From: Macrostomum hystrix
Lineage: Eukaryota > Animalia > Platyhelminthes
Direction: 5' to 3'
Assembly: GCA_950097015.1 (NCBI GenBank)
Contig: CATNEN010000009.1
Span: forward strand, 1,116,001 to 1,180,000
Length of the DNA stretch: 64,000 bases
A model generated the notes under the pieces. That model was not told where the DNA came from, made no database searches, and saw nothing but the letters and a program-made list of their open reading frames with translations. Of this stretch, positions 13,354-25,700 are shown one piece after another (the stretch's first letter is position 1; the number at the start of each line of letters is the position of its first letter). The position numbers were made by a program, and so were the translations under genes.

Positions 13354-13586
13354 CGATGGGTGTCCAAGCAGTTACCGCAGGATTATTTCACTCGGTTAAA
13401 AGAAGCTAAAAATCATGCGGCAAAACCGTGTGTGGAAGCAAGCCAGAAAACGTGACCACTGTTTTTGCATTGACTTGACACATCTTGTGTTTTTAGGATC
13501 TGTGGTTCGACCTAAAATACAAAAAAGTTGGCCAATATATTGAGGGGCTAGAGCAAAAATTTCGGTAACTGCTTGGACACCCATCG
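13354..13586. mobile_element. Tc1/mariner-type MITE (233 bp)
   Basis: Perfect 24-bp TIR CGATGGGTGTCCAAGCAGTTACCG; TA on both sides (13352-53, 13587-88). Confidence 0.9.
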
Positions 13587-13709
13587 TACAATAGCAAAAT
13601 TGCTGCCAAAGCAGAATATTTTTAACTTGGGCGTTTAGGATATCATCGCCTAGAGTGATTACCAGCTGTGACCTATGCCACCTTGGTCTCTCACTGCGGA
13701 GAAGAAGAG

Positions 13710-14742
13710 TTACATTGTTCCGCATCTCACGGTGGACACCCTGTCCACGGTTTGATCAGCGTCTGCGGCTTCAGAGCAGCAGTAGAGCCACTCCGTCCAG
13801 TTCGTGACGGCCCTGTCAACAGCGGTGAGCAGGTAGGCAGCCAGGAGTCCGGGGTGTCCGCCGTGGCCCCTGGCCTCGCGCAGGCAGCGCAGGTAGATGT
13901 CGCGCGACCGCGGATCGGCCAGGCAGACGGACAGCGGCTCCGGCAGCAGCGGGCGCAGCAGCAGAGCGCAGAGCAGCCGGCCCGTGCGCCCGTTGCCATC
14001 GCTGAAAGGATGAATGGCGAGGTACTGTTCCAGGAAGCTGGCAGCCAGCTGAACTATCTCCAGGAGGCCGCCTCGGCTGGACTGTCTGGCGGCCCGGCAG
14101 TCTGCGAACAGCGCGGCCAGACGGCCTTCAATCTGCTCCGGCGGGGCGTAGTAAAAGTCCGGCTCGTCAGCAGGCCGCGCTGGCCGGGTGCGGTAGGCGC
14201 CGGCGTTGGTCAGCAGGCCGCGGCACACGATGGAGTGCAGCCGGCTGGCCAGGCTGGGCGTGAAGTCCGCCACGGAGACGGGGCCGGCGAGAGCTTCGCT
14301 GTCAGCAGGGCCGAACAGAAATTCCACAGCGCCCCACATGTTGCGCGTCACCTGATTAGCTACCGACGATGACTGATGAAGCTGAGGAGTTGCTGGAGCA
14401 TTCAAAGCCTGAAATTGTAAATTACATATTCGCTTTTAGTCAAGTAGGTCAGAAGGACTTCACCTGCTCCAGCTTTATCTCCAATGAGAAGAATCTTGTC
14501 ACCTGTTCGGACTCCTCGAAGGTCTGCGTTCCCTCCAGCTCGGACTGGTTCGCGTCCAACACAAAGTAGAACCGACACACTGACCGAAAATCTTTCCGCT
14601 CTGCGGCACTCAGACTAAAAAACTGCCGTCTTAGCTCCGATAGATTGGCTTCAATGCGAGGCACGCCAAGCAGCAAGTCCTCCTTGTAGGGAGCGATGAA
14701 GAATGGTCGGCTGACGAGAGGGCCTTGCATGCAAGGGACCAT
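13710..14742 (-). CDS. Fic/Doc-domain protein 2, two exons (14742-14464, 14408-13710), ~325 aa
   Basis: Canonical HPFSDGNGRTGR. A 55-nt GTGAAG...TTTCAG phase-0 intron joins ORF 14449..14766 to ORF 13710..14405 in frame. N-terminal QSELEG sits at the inhibitory-helix position. Confidence 0.9.
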
Positions 14743-16720
14743 CTGCAAAATTGAATTATTATTCAACTATTGTGCTGAAATAGTAAAAGTGATCTTGAAA
14801 GAATTATTCCAACATGTTAGTTCTTTTCTCTGCTTGAGATTGAGGTTGTGACCCTCCAGTCCAGATGAGCCCTGAGGACTGAGAGTGAGATACCAGTGAA
14901 AGCCTTAGAAGGAGACCACTCGTGCTATAAAGAGTTGCTACAATTAGTGTGTTAGAACAGCAAAAGATAAGTATTGCAAAGTATTACTTCAGTTAAAACG
15001 GCCCATTTCAGGGCCACATGCCAAAAGCATAGGGACATACATGCAGAACTAAGAGAGAAAGGAGTAAGATCGGCCTAAGTAATACATTACCAAGAGAGAG
15101 AAAGAAAGAATTATAAGCCCTTTTACACTTTAAATGATAATAGTTGCCTTAAAATATAATTAACATAGAAATTAACTGATATTATTCATACTTGCTTTAA
15201 AATCACAATTTTGGTGAGTCTGGTAAATTATTTTTCAGGTAAAATTTATTTTTACACTTTAAGGCTAACAATAGCAATCTCCAAGTTTCCTGCTCTAAAT
15301 TATTTTATTTGTTTTTATTAACTCAGGACAGACACCCAATATTGAAAAAATATGAGCATATATACCTGACATTTTAAAAATGAAACAAAAGTCCAGGGGA
15401 CTCAAAAGAGTGTCAGGCAACAAGGGTAATAGTGATACAGTACATTATATTGCGAAACTGTTTCAAAGGGAATGCCTAGTGCCACATGAACTCTTGTAGG
15501 TAGGAGTCAAACAGGGTGTTAGACATCCCATGCATGCATTGCATTTGCCTTGCAATTGCCCCACATGCCCTAGGCATGGTTGGTGTGGATCTTTTATAAT
15601 GTAGGTATGTTTTTTCTGTATTAGGTGTGCATCCTGAGTAAACAAAGCAATAACATAGTTTAGAGTGGGAAACCTTGAAATTGCCACAACTATAACTGTA
15701 ACCCAAATAACCCTAATAAAACTACAGCTGTTACAAAACAATGTTTTTATTCAGCTCATATTTTGTTCACTAAATAAAATGATAGAGCAATATAATTTTT
15801 ATGAAGTTTTATTGATCATTACAGCAAATGAAGCTAGGCCAAACTATTAGTAAATTGACAAAAAGCAAAAAAGCATTGACCCACACAACACATAATATTA
15901 CTATAAATGATTCAATAATCAATAGTTCTTGAAAAATATAAAACAGCTAGAGCTAGGGAAGCCTTATTTTTTCCTTTTTTAACAAATGGTAAAAAAACTA
16001 AATCCTGGCTAGGGAGGAGATCTAATATTTTTTTAGCTTTTTAAATCACTTAGCTATTTACAAACTGAAATTATATTAGTCACATCAACTGACCATGAGT
16101 CAACAACATTTCTACATATTGGCATCCATGTAAATAGAATGGTGACACAAGCCTAAAGTTTTCGTCAGGTCTAATGGTAAACACATAGCGACTAAACGTA
16201 TTTTTAGGCTGCTAATAGGCACGTATTTCTACATTTAGTTAGTAACGCAATTGCGCAACGTATATTTACGAGGTGCCATATCATATCGTATAACGCACCC
16301 GAATACCATAATTCGAAAAAAAACTAAAAATTGTAGCAATAGCGTATTACAAAATGACGTCTATTTGCAAATTAATTCAGTGCCCTGCGTCGTCACCAGA
16401 TCTCACGAACCTATATATAATACGAGTATAACAAACGCGGTTAGCACTCACGTCAAAAGAAGCTAAAAAGTAAATTCTAGAATGCTACAGTCAATTTATT
16501 TTGGTTATAACCTCGAAAATAAAAAAATTAGATTAAAACTATTTTATTGTGAGTAATCACGTATTGACAATACTTACACAGGATGATGACATGCTCCGAC
16601 TGCACAACTAAATTTTTTCCGTGTAGAAAAAATTTCTGGGCTTAGTTGGAGGTTTGCGAAGTAGCGACTTGCGGAGATGCACCTTATTCTGTGCAACCAA
16701 GGCTAAATTTAAAATAGCTT

Positions 16721-17130
16721 AACCCCTGCCTTCTGCATGCCTGATTGTTTGTGTTTGTGTTTGCGCGTTGGACCGGGGTGTGAGGCGTTGTATGGGGGGT
16801 GGGGCGGGTGTGCACCAGCCATGCGTGCTCTGAGCGGCGAGGTTTCACCAGCCGTCTGCGCGCGTGGCTTGGTCCTCTTGTCCCTACCCTTCAGGCATCT
16901 AAGTCCTCCCCTGGTTTGATCTGCTTTGTGCGTGTGCGGGCTTGGGGTGAGAGGCACTCCGGCTGCCGCCCCCTTCCCCGCTTGGCTTGCTGCTGTGTGT
17001 CAGGTGCCTGTGTCCAGGGGTCCAGATGGCGCGATGGGCGACTCCGAAGTAGTTCGCCGGCCTGGGGGCATGCCGTTCCTGTGCTTGTGCGTCAAGTGCC
17101 CCAGGCCCTCCTGCAATTAAGAAGAAAAGA
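16721..17130 (+). mobile_element. Unclassified GC-rich retroposon-like segment ending in the SINE-A tail
   Basis: Ends TGCCCCAGGCCCTCCTGCAATTAA followed by an (AAG)-rich run; SINE-A copy 3 ends TGCCCACAGCCCTCCTGCAATTAA. Confidence 0.4.
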
Positions 17131-17291
17131 AGACCGCCAAGGCTGGCCTCAAGATTCCCTTAGAATTCTATCGGGAAAACTGGCAGGTAATAGGGGATTA
17201 AAAGAGTAAAATTGTACAGCAAGGGCTTTGAATCTAGTTTGACCGCATCAATAGAATGAACATTGTTAACTCAAGGTTCGAATGTTGCTCT

Positions 17292-17700
17292 TCATGTGGC
17301 ACTAAGCTCCCACACTAAGCTCCCGCCGGTGCTAAAGCTAGGCCGAACCCTGCTATACATTTGTATGAATGCTGTCAGGTCACGTGATGACTCGTGCAGC
17401 TGCATCTGCATGAAGCCTGCCTTGAGGTCGATCTTGGAGAACACACTGATCCTCGGCTTGTGCACCGCGCCCCTGCAGACACCGATGATCAAACCGCTGA
17501 AGCCGACCTCTGAAGCTTGCATTTTCACCTGGAAACCCACTTGCTCATCAGGTCGCGGCCTCAGATGTTCTCCCCAGATCTCGTAACGTGAAAATCGCGC
17601 TGCAGCTATTGACTGCGATACTGGATGGCAATAGTTGCGATTCCAGCTAGGGCGATATATGCCTTCCGACCTAGGCTCGTAGCTGCACCACTGAAGGCCT
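17292..17700 (-). pseudogene. Ty3/Gypsy-type reverse transcriptase remnant
   Basis: FSKIDLKAGFMQMQLHESSRDLTAF matches the gypsy RT motif 3-4 region; no YxDD; flanks degenerate. Confidence 0.7.
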
Positions 17701-18524
17701 AGCTGGATGTCGCCTAGACTCTTTGCCGTAGCCTCGTTGAGCAGGGAAACCTTGACCGGCGTGCAGTCATAAGGCTGACGATCTTGTGGGTGCATCCTAG
17801 ATGCAGCTCGACTCGGATCTGCAGAGCCTTGCCGCGGCAGCATCGACTGAAGTGATGCCCCAGTTATTCCACTTCTTGCCGTGCGCGGGGCATTTTGCCT
17901 TGGCATCATGACTGCGACCGCATCGCTGGCAGGAGCCTTCAGCCTCCGGTTCTGCGGCTTCTTGTTGGCCGGAGCGCCGCGGTGGCTTCGAGACCTAGCA
18001 ACACGCACAGCTTGGACGGTCCCCGATGAGCTGGCTTTTCGCATTCGATTTCAGTCAATACACAGCACAATAGGTTTGCCGTGGAGCCCCGGTGCCATAT
18101 TCTGTTGCCCAATCTGTCCGGCTGCCTATACGTCAGCCTTGAACACTCGCGAGGCGTGTACCCATGGGTCAGCTGAGGGGACAGCGTTACAGGTTAATCG
18201 CAATTTACGAGTATTATGTTTCAAAGAAAAAATACGAAAAGCGAAACTTTTTTGCAACTGCAATCTCAAACTCATTGAAGTTAATTACTCAATGAACCAT
18301 TTTATTATGACACACATGTTAAACAAATTCGCGACATTTTCACACAATCGCAGAAACAAGGAGAAAGTTACACTGGAGTTTAAGCAGAAAACTAACCGTA
18401 GCAAAATTATAGCAGCACTGATTAAGGAGAATGGCTTATATTTTCTAATCGGGTCCTGCTGTGTCTTGCCAATGATGCTAAAATATTTACTAGCTCGGAT
18501 AAGCATTCTAGAATTTCTGTCTAA

Positions 18525-18950
18525 CAACTCGACTTCCTGTCTAACAACCCGACTTCCTGTCTAACAACCCGACTTCCTGTCTAACACCCGACTTCCTGTC
18601 TAACAACCAGACTTCCTGTCTAACAACCCGACTTCCTGTCTAACACCCGACTTCCTGTCTAACAACCAGACTTCCTGTCTAACAACCCGACTTCCTGTCT
18701 AACAACCCGACTTCCTGTCTAACAACCCGACTTCCTGTCTAACACCCGACTTCCTGTCTAACAACCTGACTAAAACCTTCCTGTCTAAAACCTGACTTCC
18801 TGTCTAACAACCTGACTTCCTGTCTAACAACCTGACTTCCTGTCTAACAACCTGACTAAAACCTTCCTGTCTAACAACCCGACTTCCTGTCTAACAACCC
18901 GACTTCCTGTCTAACAACCCGACTTCCTGTCTAACACCCGACTTCCTGTA
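18525..18950. repeat. 20-bp minisatellite (CTTCCTGTCTAACAACCCGA)
   Basis: About 21 copies with 19-bp and longer variants. Confidence 0.95.
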
Positions 18951-19289
18951 ACACTTGACTTTCTGCCTTTCTGAAAGATTATCTTTCTATCAACTTAGCG
19001 TCTTGACTGAAAATGGGACCGTTAGCAAAACTAAAAAACCAGAGCTGCAGAAAAGTTTAAAATCAACGGAAAAGCAAATATAAAGGGGCGGAAGAGATAC
19101 GTCGTAATAAAACAACCAAAGAACAGAACAGAAATTCTGAAATAAACAAAACAGCGAATGTCAAATAAACAGAGAAGCAAATGTTAAAAAACAGACAACA
19201 AATGTGAAACAAACAGAACAGAAAATGGCAAAAAAGCAGCAGGAATGAGACAACATGCGTTGCAAAAGCAAAAGTACATTTGATAAAAG

Positions 19290-20290
19290 AACGTATGATA
19301 AACAAAAACATGTGCTAAACAAAAGCATATGATGGACAAAAACATGTGATAAACAAAAACATGTGATAAACAAAAACATGTGCTAAACAAAAACATGTGA
19401 TAAACAAAAACATGTGATAAACAAAACTCCCGTGGCCGCAGTTGCGAAAGGGGGATAGGGGGAAGCTCCATTAGAAAGGGAGTTCGACACGTACACTTTG
19501 AGCCCGCCCAAGAGGGAGAAGGAAAGCCGGCCAAGGATTCCCCAACCCCCTGGGAAGAAATGCACATGCTACCTCCGCATCTGCTCGCAAATCCCTAGCT
19601 CCTTAATTACTCTCGCGCGCGTTTACAGTTGTCTTCCTGCCGCAGCCTTTAGCTCGGCCTCGCCAGAGCCCACCCCTAGTGAATTAGCCACTCATAGCTG
19701 AGGGCTGTCTATAGAGAAATAAAAATAGAAGCGGACAAAGAAGGGATTTAAATTGTAATTAAATTGCCTAACAATAATTGTTACTCCGCCAGGACAATGG
19801 GAAGCGCAGGCGCCGACCTGCCTACAGTGACATTTACATGTATCTAAAGGGGAAAGGTCATAAAGTCGAGCTGGGCTCGAATACACTAAAGAAGTGGGGA
19901 CATGAAGAATTATTGATCACTCATAACGCCCGAGTGATTCCCGATATCTGATCGCGGTTTGGAGGGGAATTATGACCTAAGCTAGCTCATACAGTAGAGT
20001 TATGGCCCGCGATCAGTCACTCCTACGGGGGTCTAGAACAGATCCAGGGAGAGGGGATTCGACGGCTACTTAATTCACCGCCGCCCCAAACCCGGCCCTA
20101 AGATTAATGGTCTTGATTTTGTGGCCAGCTGCTAGTTGGGTCGCGATTGTTAATTGTTTAAAATTCGAAAAATTCTACTGGCTCACATCCCCACTCGATT
20201 CCCGTAGCACACTCCACATCACTAAACAAAAACATGTGATAAACAAAAACATGTGATAAACAAAAACGTGTGATAAACAAAAACATGTCT
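19290..20290. repeat. 17-bp minisatellite (AAACAAAAACATGTGAT) split by an ~800-bp unique insertion (about 19428-20221)
   Basis: The same unit resumes on both sides of a non-repetitive block. Confidence 0.75.
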
Positions 20291-20461
20291 AACTCGCAGA
20301 GCAGAAGCAAAAGTACATGCTACTTAGCCAAAAAGCTTCCCAAGGCGAGTTCCACCCGAGAATTTCATCGTCAGTTTCCCGCTGTCAGCGCTTCGGGCCC
20401 AGCTGAGTGCCGAATGATGGACCTGAGCCTGTGAACCGAAACTCAACGGCTGAATAACCAA

Positions 20462-22780
20462 ACACCTGTCACTTATCAGCTCCAGTCTCTCACCTGTCAC
20501 TCATCAGCTCCAGTCTCTCACCTATCACTCATCAGCTCCAGTCTCTCACCTGTCACTCATCAGCTCCAGTCTCTCACCTGTCACTCGTCAGCTCCAGTCT
20601 CTCACCTGTCACCCATCAGCTCCAGTCTCTCACCTGTCACTCATCAGCTCCAGTCTCTCACCTGTCACCCATCAGCTCCAGTCTCTCACCTTTCACTCAT
20701 CAGCTCCAGTCTCTCACCTGTCACCCATCAGCTCCAGTCTCACACCTGTCACCCATCAGCTCCAGTCTCTCACCTGTCACCCATCAGCTCCAGTCTCTCA
20801 CCTTTCACTCATCAGCTCCAGTCTCTCACCTGTCACCCATCAGCTCCAGTCTCACACCTGTCACCCATCAGCTCCAGTCTCTCACCTGCCTCTCATCAGC
20901 TGCAGTCTCTCACCTGCCTCTCATCAGCTGCAGTCTCTCACCTGTCACTTATCAGCTCCAGTCTCTCACCTGTCACTCATCAGCTGCAGTCTCTCACCTG
21001 TCACTCATCAGCTCCAGTCTCTCACCTGTCACTCATCAGCTGCAGTCTCTCAGCTGTCACTCATCAGCTCCAGTCTCTCACCTGCCTTTCATCAGCTGCA
21101 GTCTCTCACCTGTCACTCATCAGCTCCAGTCTCTCACCTGTCACTCATCAGCTCCAGTCTCTCACCTGTCACTCATCAGCTCCAGTCTCTCAGCTGTCAC
21201 TCATCAGCTGCAGTCTCTCAGCTGTCACTCATCAGCTCCAGTCTCTCACCTGTCACTCATCAGCTCCAGTCTCTCACCTGTCACCCATCAGCTCCAGTCT
21301 CTCACCTGTCACTCATCAGCTCCAGTCTCTCACCTGTCACTCATCAGCTCCAGTCTCTCACCTGTCACTCATCAGCTCCAGTCTCTCACCTGTCACTCAT
21401 CAGCTGCAGTCTCTCAGCTGTCACTCATCAGCTGCAGTCTCTCACCTGTCACCCATCAGCTCCAGTCTCTCACCTGTCACACATCAGCTCCAGTCTCTCA
21501 GCTGTCACCCATCAGCTCCAGTCTCTCACCTGTCACACATCAGCTCCAGTCTCTCACCTGTCACTCATCAGCTCCAGTCTCTCACCTGTCACTCATCAGC
21601 TCCAGTCTCTCACCTGTCACTCATCAGCTCCAGTCTCTCAGCTGTCACTCATCAGCTGCAGTCTCTCACCTGTCACCCATCAGCTCCAGTCTCTCACCTG
21701 TCACACATCAGCTCCAGTCTCTCACCTGTCACTCATCAGCTGCAGTCTCTCAGCTGTCACTCATCAGCTGCAGTCTCTCACCTGTCACCCATCAGCTCCA
21801 GTCTCTCACCTGTCACACATCAGCTCCAGTCTCTCACCTGTCACTCATCAGCTGCAGTCTCTCAGCTGTCACTCATCAGCTGCAGTCTCTCACCTGTCAC
21901 CCATCAGCTCCAGTCTCTCACCTGTCACACATCAGCTCCAGTCTCTCACCTGTCACTCATCAGCTCCAGTCTCTCACCTGTCACACATCAGCTCCAGTCT
22001 CTCACCTGTCACTCATCAGCTCCAGTCTCTCAGCTGTCACTCATCAGCTGCAGTCTCTCACCTGTCACCCATCAGCTCCAGTCTCTCACCTGTCACACAT
22101 CAGCTCCAGTCTCTCACCTGTCACTCATCAGCTGCAGTCTCTCAGCTGTCACTCATCAGCTGCAGTCTCTCACCTGTCACCCATCAGCTCCAGTCTCTCA
22201 CCTGTCACACATCAGCTCCAGTCTCTCACCTGTCACTCATCAGCTCCAGTCTCTCACCTGTCACACATCAGCTCCAGTCTCTCACCTGTCACTCATCAGC
22301 TCCAGTCTCTCAGCTGTCACTCATCAGCTGCAGTCTCTCACCTGTCACCCATCAGCTCCAGTCTCTCAGCTGTCACACATCAGCTCCAGTCTCTCACCTG
22401 TCACTCATCAGCTTCAGTCTCTCAGCTGTCACTCATCAGCTGCAGTCTCTCACCTGTCACCCATCAGCTCCAGTCTCTCACCTGTCACACATCAGCTCCA
22501 GTCTCTCACCTGTCACTCATCAGCTCCAGTCTCTCAGCTGTCACTCATCAGCTGCAGTCTCTCACCTGTCACTTATCAGCTCCAGTCTCTCACCTGTCAC
22601 TCATCAGCTCCAGTCTCTCACCTGTCACTCATCAGCTGCAGTCTCTCACCTGTCACTCATCAGCTCCAGTCTCTCAGCTGTCACTCATCAGCTGCAGTCT
22701 CTCACCTGTCACTCATCAGCTCCAGTCTCTCAACTGTCACTCATCAGCCACTCACCTGACCTGTCACTCATCAGCTCCTT
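20462..22780. repeat. 28-bp satellite, ~2.3 kb, abutting the cGLR stop codon
   Basis: CCTGTCACTCATCAGCTCCAGTCTCTCA, about 80 copies with higher-order variant patterns. Confidence 0.97.
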
Positions 22781-25700
22781 CGATTCCGTCCTTCTCTCGC
22801 AGGTAGTCCTTCACTCTCCGCATGACCAGGTGGACCCGATCTCGCTCATCAGGTGATGAGAATCGCTGCTGGCCGATCAGGTTCTCGACCTTCTGCCAGG
22901 TGGTTGTCACGCATCTCCGGCGCAGACTCGGCTGCAATGGAATTCAAATTACATTTCAAATTCAAATTGCGGCTGCACTAAGTCATGAGCAGACTCACAT
23001 TGTCATTCAGGAAGCTGATCACGGTGCCAGCCAGCCCGGTGTCCACAATCATCTCCCGGTTGCCGTGAATGGCCTCAACCAGCTTCGCCTCATCGCTGCA
23101 GTAATGCAGCATCATCAGCAGCTCCTGACTGTCCAGTCGGCCAGAACTGCTCCCATGGCCGAAGTCCCTGAGCAGCGCCTTCACTCCTTCCTCATCTCCG
23201 CTCAGCTTCCTGGACTCGAGTTGCAGCGACTTCATCAGCGCGTGAAAGTTGATGTAGACAGAGCTGCTGCTCCTGTGGGGCACCTTCCACGGGAAGGCCG
23301 CTCTCATGTGGTCAGGCAGGAAGTGGAGATCTGGCTTCCGGGCAAAGCTGAACATGAACTTCCACGCCGAGTCCGATGAATTCAGAGAATTCCAGACGAA
23401 ATCCACTCGGGCTTCAAGAAATCTACTTTCATATCCGAATTCAAAAAAGTCATCTTGCTCGACTTCAGGACAGCTGACCCCACAACTCGGGCTGAAGGAA
23501 AGACCATCACCGACACACGACTCAATGGGATTTTCCTCTCTGAGCCGCAGCAGAGCTCTCAGACTCTCTCTGGCAGTCCTGGCGCAGTCTGGAATCCGAC
23601 TGAGCAGCGAGTCGATCTGCTGCAGGTGACTCGCTTCATCACCCAGCATCTCCAGAGCTCTCCTCACCGCGTCATAGATCTGGTGATACTCAAACTGCTC
23701 ATTTGATTCTGGGATCCTGAGTTCATTGACGAGCGGCAGGATGAGGAACGGGTGGAACTCGATCACAGTCGGTGAGTTCTTCATCAGTGTCTGCTCAAAC
23801 TCTGCCATCAGCTGCGGCAGCTCATCCATCACGTGACGCACAACTTCAGCAATCTCGGCCCTTCCCTCGTGGTCCTTGCGCAGGTAAATGGCGGCGTGTC
23901 TCATGAAGAAGTGGCGCATGCACTGCTGCTCACTGCTGCTTGAGTCAGTGAGGGAATCGAGCAGCAGCTCCAGTGACTGTCTCAGCAGCTTCATCAGATT
24001 CTGCGGCTGCCACTCATCAGCTGGTGTCCTGTCCAGCATGTAGAAGAGCAAGTTCTTCGCGTGGTAGGTCTTCAGGCCCTTGACTCGCTTTGCGATCACT
24101 CGCTTGATGAGGTACTTGAGCAAGATGAAGAGCTGACCCTGGAGTGTTGTGAGACTGTGCATCAGCCCCCTCTCCATCAGAGTGGTGCTGACTCGCATGC
24201 AGCGGCCCTCCTGGCCTGGAGGAGCTGCGGAGACCACGTGGCACTGGGTGCCGTATATGTTCTTAAGGATATCCTGAGGAATGTAGCAGTATCCAAAGAC
24301 TTTGAAATCCGGATATCCACAGCACGGGAAGGCCTTGACTTGGTCAACTGAAGGCGTCAGAGTCATTCCTTTGGATGCAATGTTCGGCTTGATGGCTGCA
24401 AATTGTGTGAGTGAAAATTAATCTGTTGAATGGTAATAAATTAATAATTCTTAATGTCTTTGCAAATTTCTATTCTCTCACCTAACCCTAACCCGTTTCT
24501 GTTATTCGAAATTCGAGCTATTCGAAATTGATGGTGGACAGGCAGGTCCCATGGGAGTAGTTAGTGACACCAACCAGTGCCCAGAGACCACATTGGACAC
24601 ACTTGCAGAGGCCGCATCCTATGGTATGCAGTGACTGTGGACTGACGAGTTCTCTGCATCCACTGCCATCTCTCCCTCTCCACATCTCACTGCTTTGCTT
24701 CTCAGGAATTATGTTCTTCAGGAAATGGCAACTGCTGTGAAATTCCAAGGCTAGAAAACTAATGCTTTTCACGAATGTAGTTTTATGAATGAATCTATTT
24801 AAAATGTTATCATTTGCAATATTTTTACATATTATCTAGCTTCCCTGAAATTTAAAATTTTTCGCTCGCTCACAACAAAGGATGATAAAATAAACTGAAT
24901 GGGTGTCCAGCAGAGTAGCGATCTCAAGCTGCTCTCATGCCTTGTACAGTCCCTAAATGTACTCACAAACTAGCCACAATTCACTCACAGTCGGTCCGAT
25001 GTGCAACATGGCCGTCGCTGAGCTCAACTTCAACGCATGTCACTTTTTCCAAACTTCTGTGTTTCCAAGTGCCAGCCAGATGCAGCGTCACTCGAGTGTC
25101 CATCACAGTGACATCCATGTCGGAGTCCGCATCAGTCTGTCCGCAGATTCCACTGAGGCAGTTGCCCCAGCCGTCAGCGAAGCTGCCGATCAAATGGCAC
25201 TCACCGACGCTCCTCCGTCTGAGAATTTGCTCCAGGACAGCCGCGGTGCCGCTCTGAACGGCCGCGTTGATTCGAGTGAACCCCGACCTGCTGAGCGACT
25301 CGTGGAGCCGGCAGGAAAGTTCGCTGCGAAAATGGAGTATGAGCACACGTGAGCACAGCTGCTTGCAAGGAAATTATTTGACATAGTTTATATAATAATA
25401 ATAAAATGGGGTTCGCAGAAATTTGTAAATGAGTAGTATGCGAGAGGGGCTATCTGGGACAAACGTCTACGCAGTCGCCATATTCCATCCGCTACTCTCG
25501 CATCGTGAATGTCAAAGTCTGGCAGATTGTGCAGTCTCTCTAGTCGGCTGAGTCTTCTTTTCGTTTTCCCCCAGTCGTTGTATATCCTATTCAAATACTC
25601 GGTGTGTCTTGTTACGGTTTTGTTTTATTCTTTCAATCTTTGTTCGCACTTCTGCTCGCAATTCTGAAATATCTGACTCTGCTGCTGTGAGTCTCGAGCT

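Noticed and set aside
11227-14742. Bacterial contamination or FICD/HYPE orthology for the Fic genes
   Set aside because: Fic2 has an in-frame GT-AG intron, and the genes are interleaved with host SINEs and a MITE. No TM/TPR region is seen, so no FICD symbol was assigned.
14865-14915. Hammerhead ribozyme-like CTGAGGA...GAAA
   Set aside because: The stem II closing pair and stem III with an NUH site cannot be formed.
16715-17120. piggyBac-type element bounded by TTAA at 16715-16718 and 17117-17120
   Set aside because: No terminal inverted repeats between the TTAA sites.
20462-22780. CRISPR-like array interpretation of the 28-bp and other 24-37-bp repeats
   Set aside because: Units are directly tandem with no unique spacers, there are no cas genes, and the context is eukaryotic.
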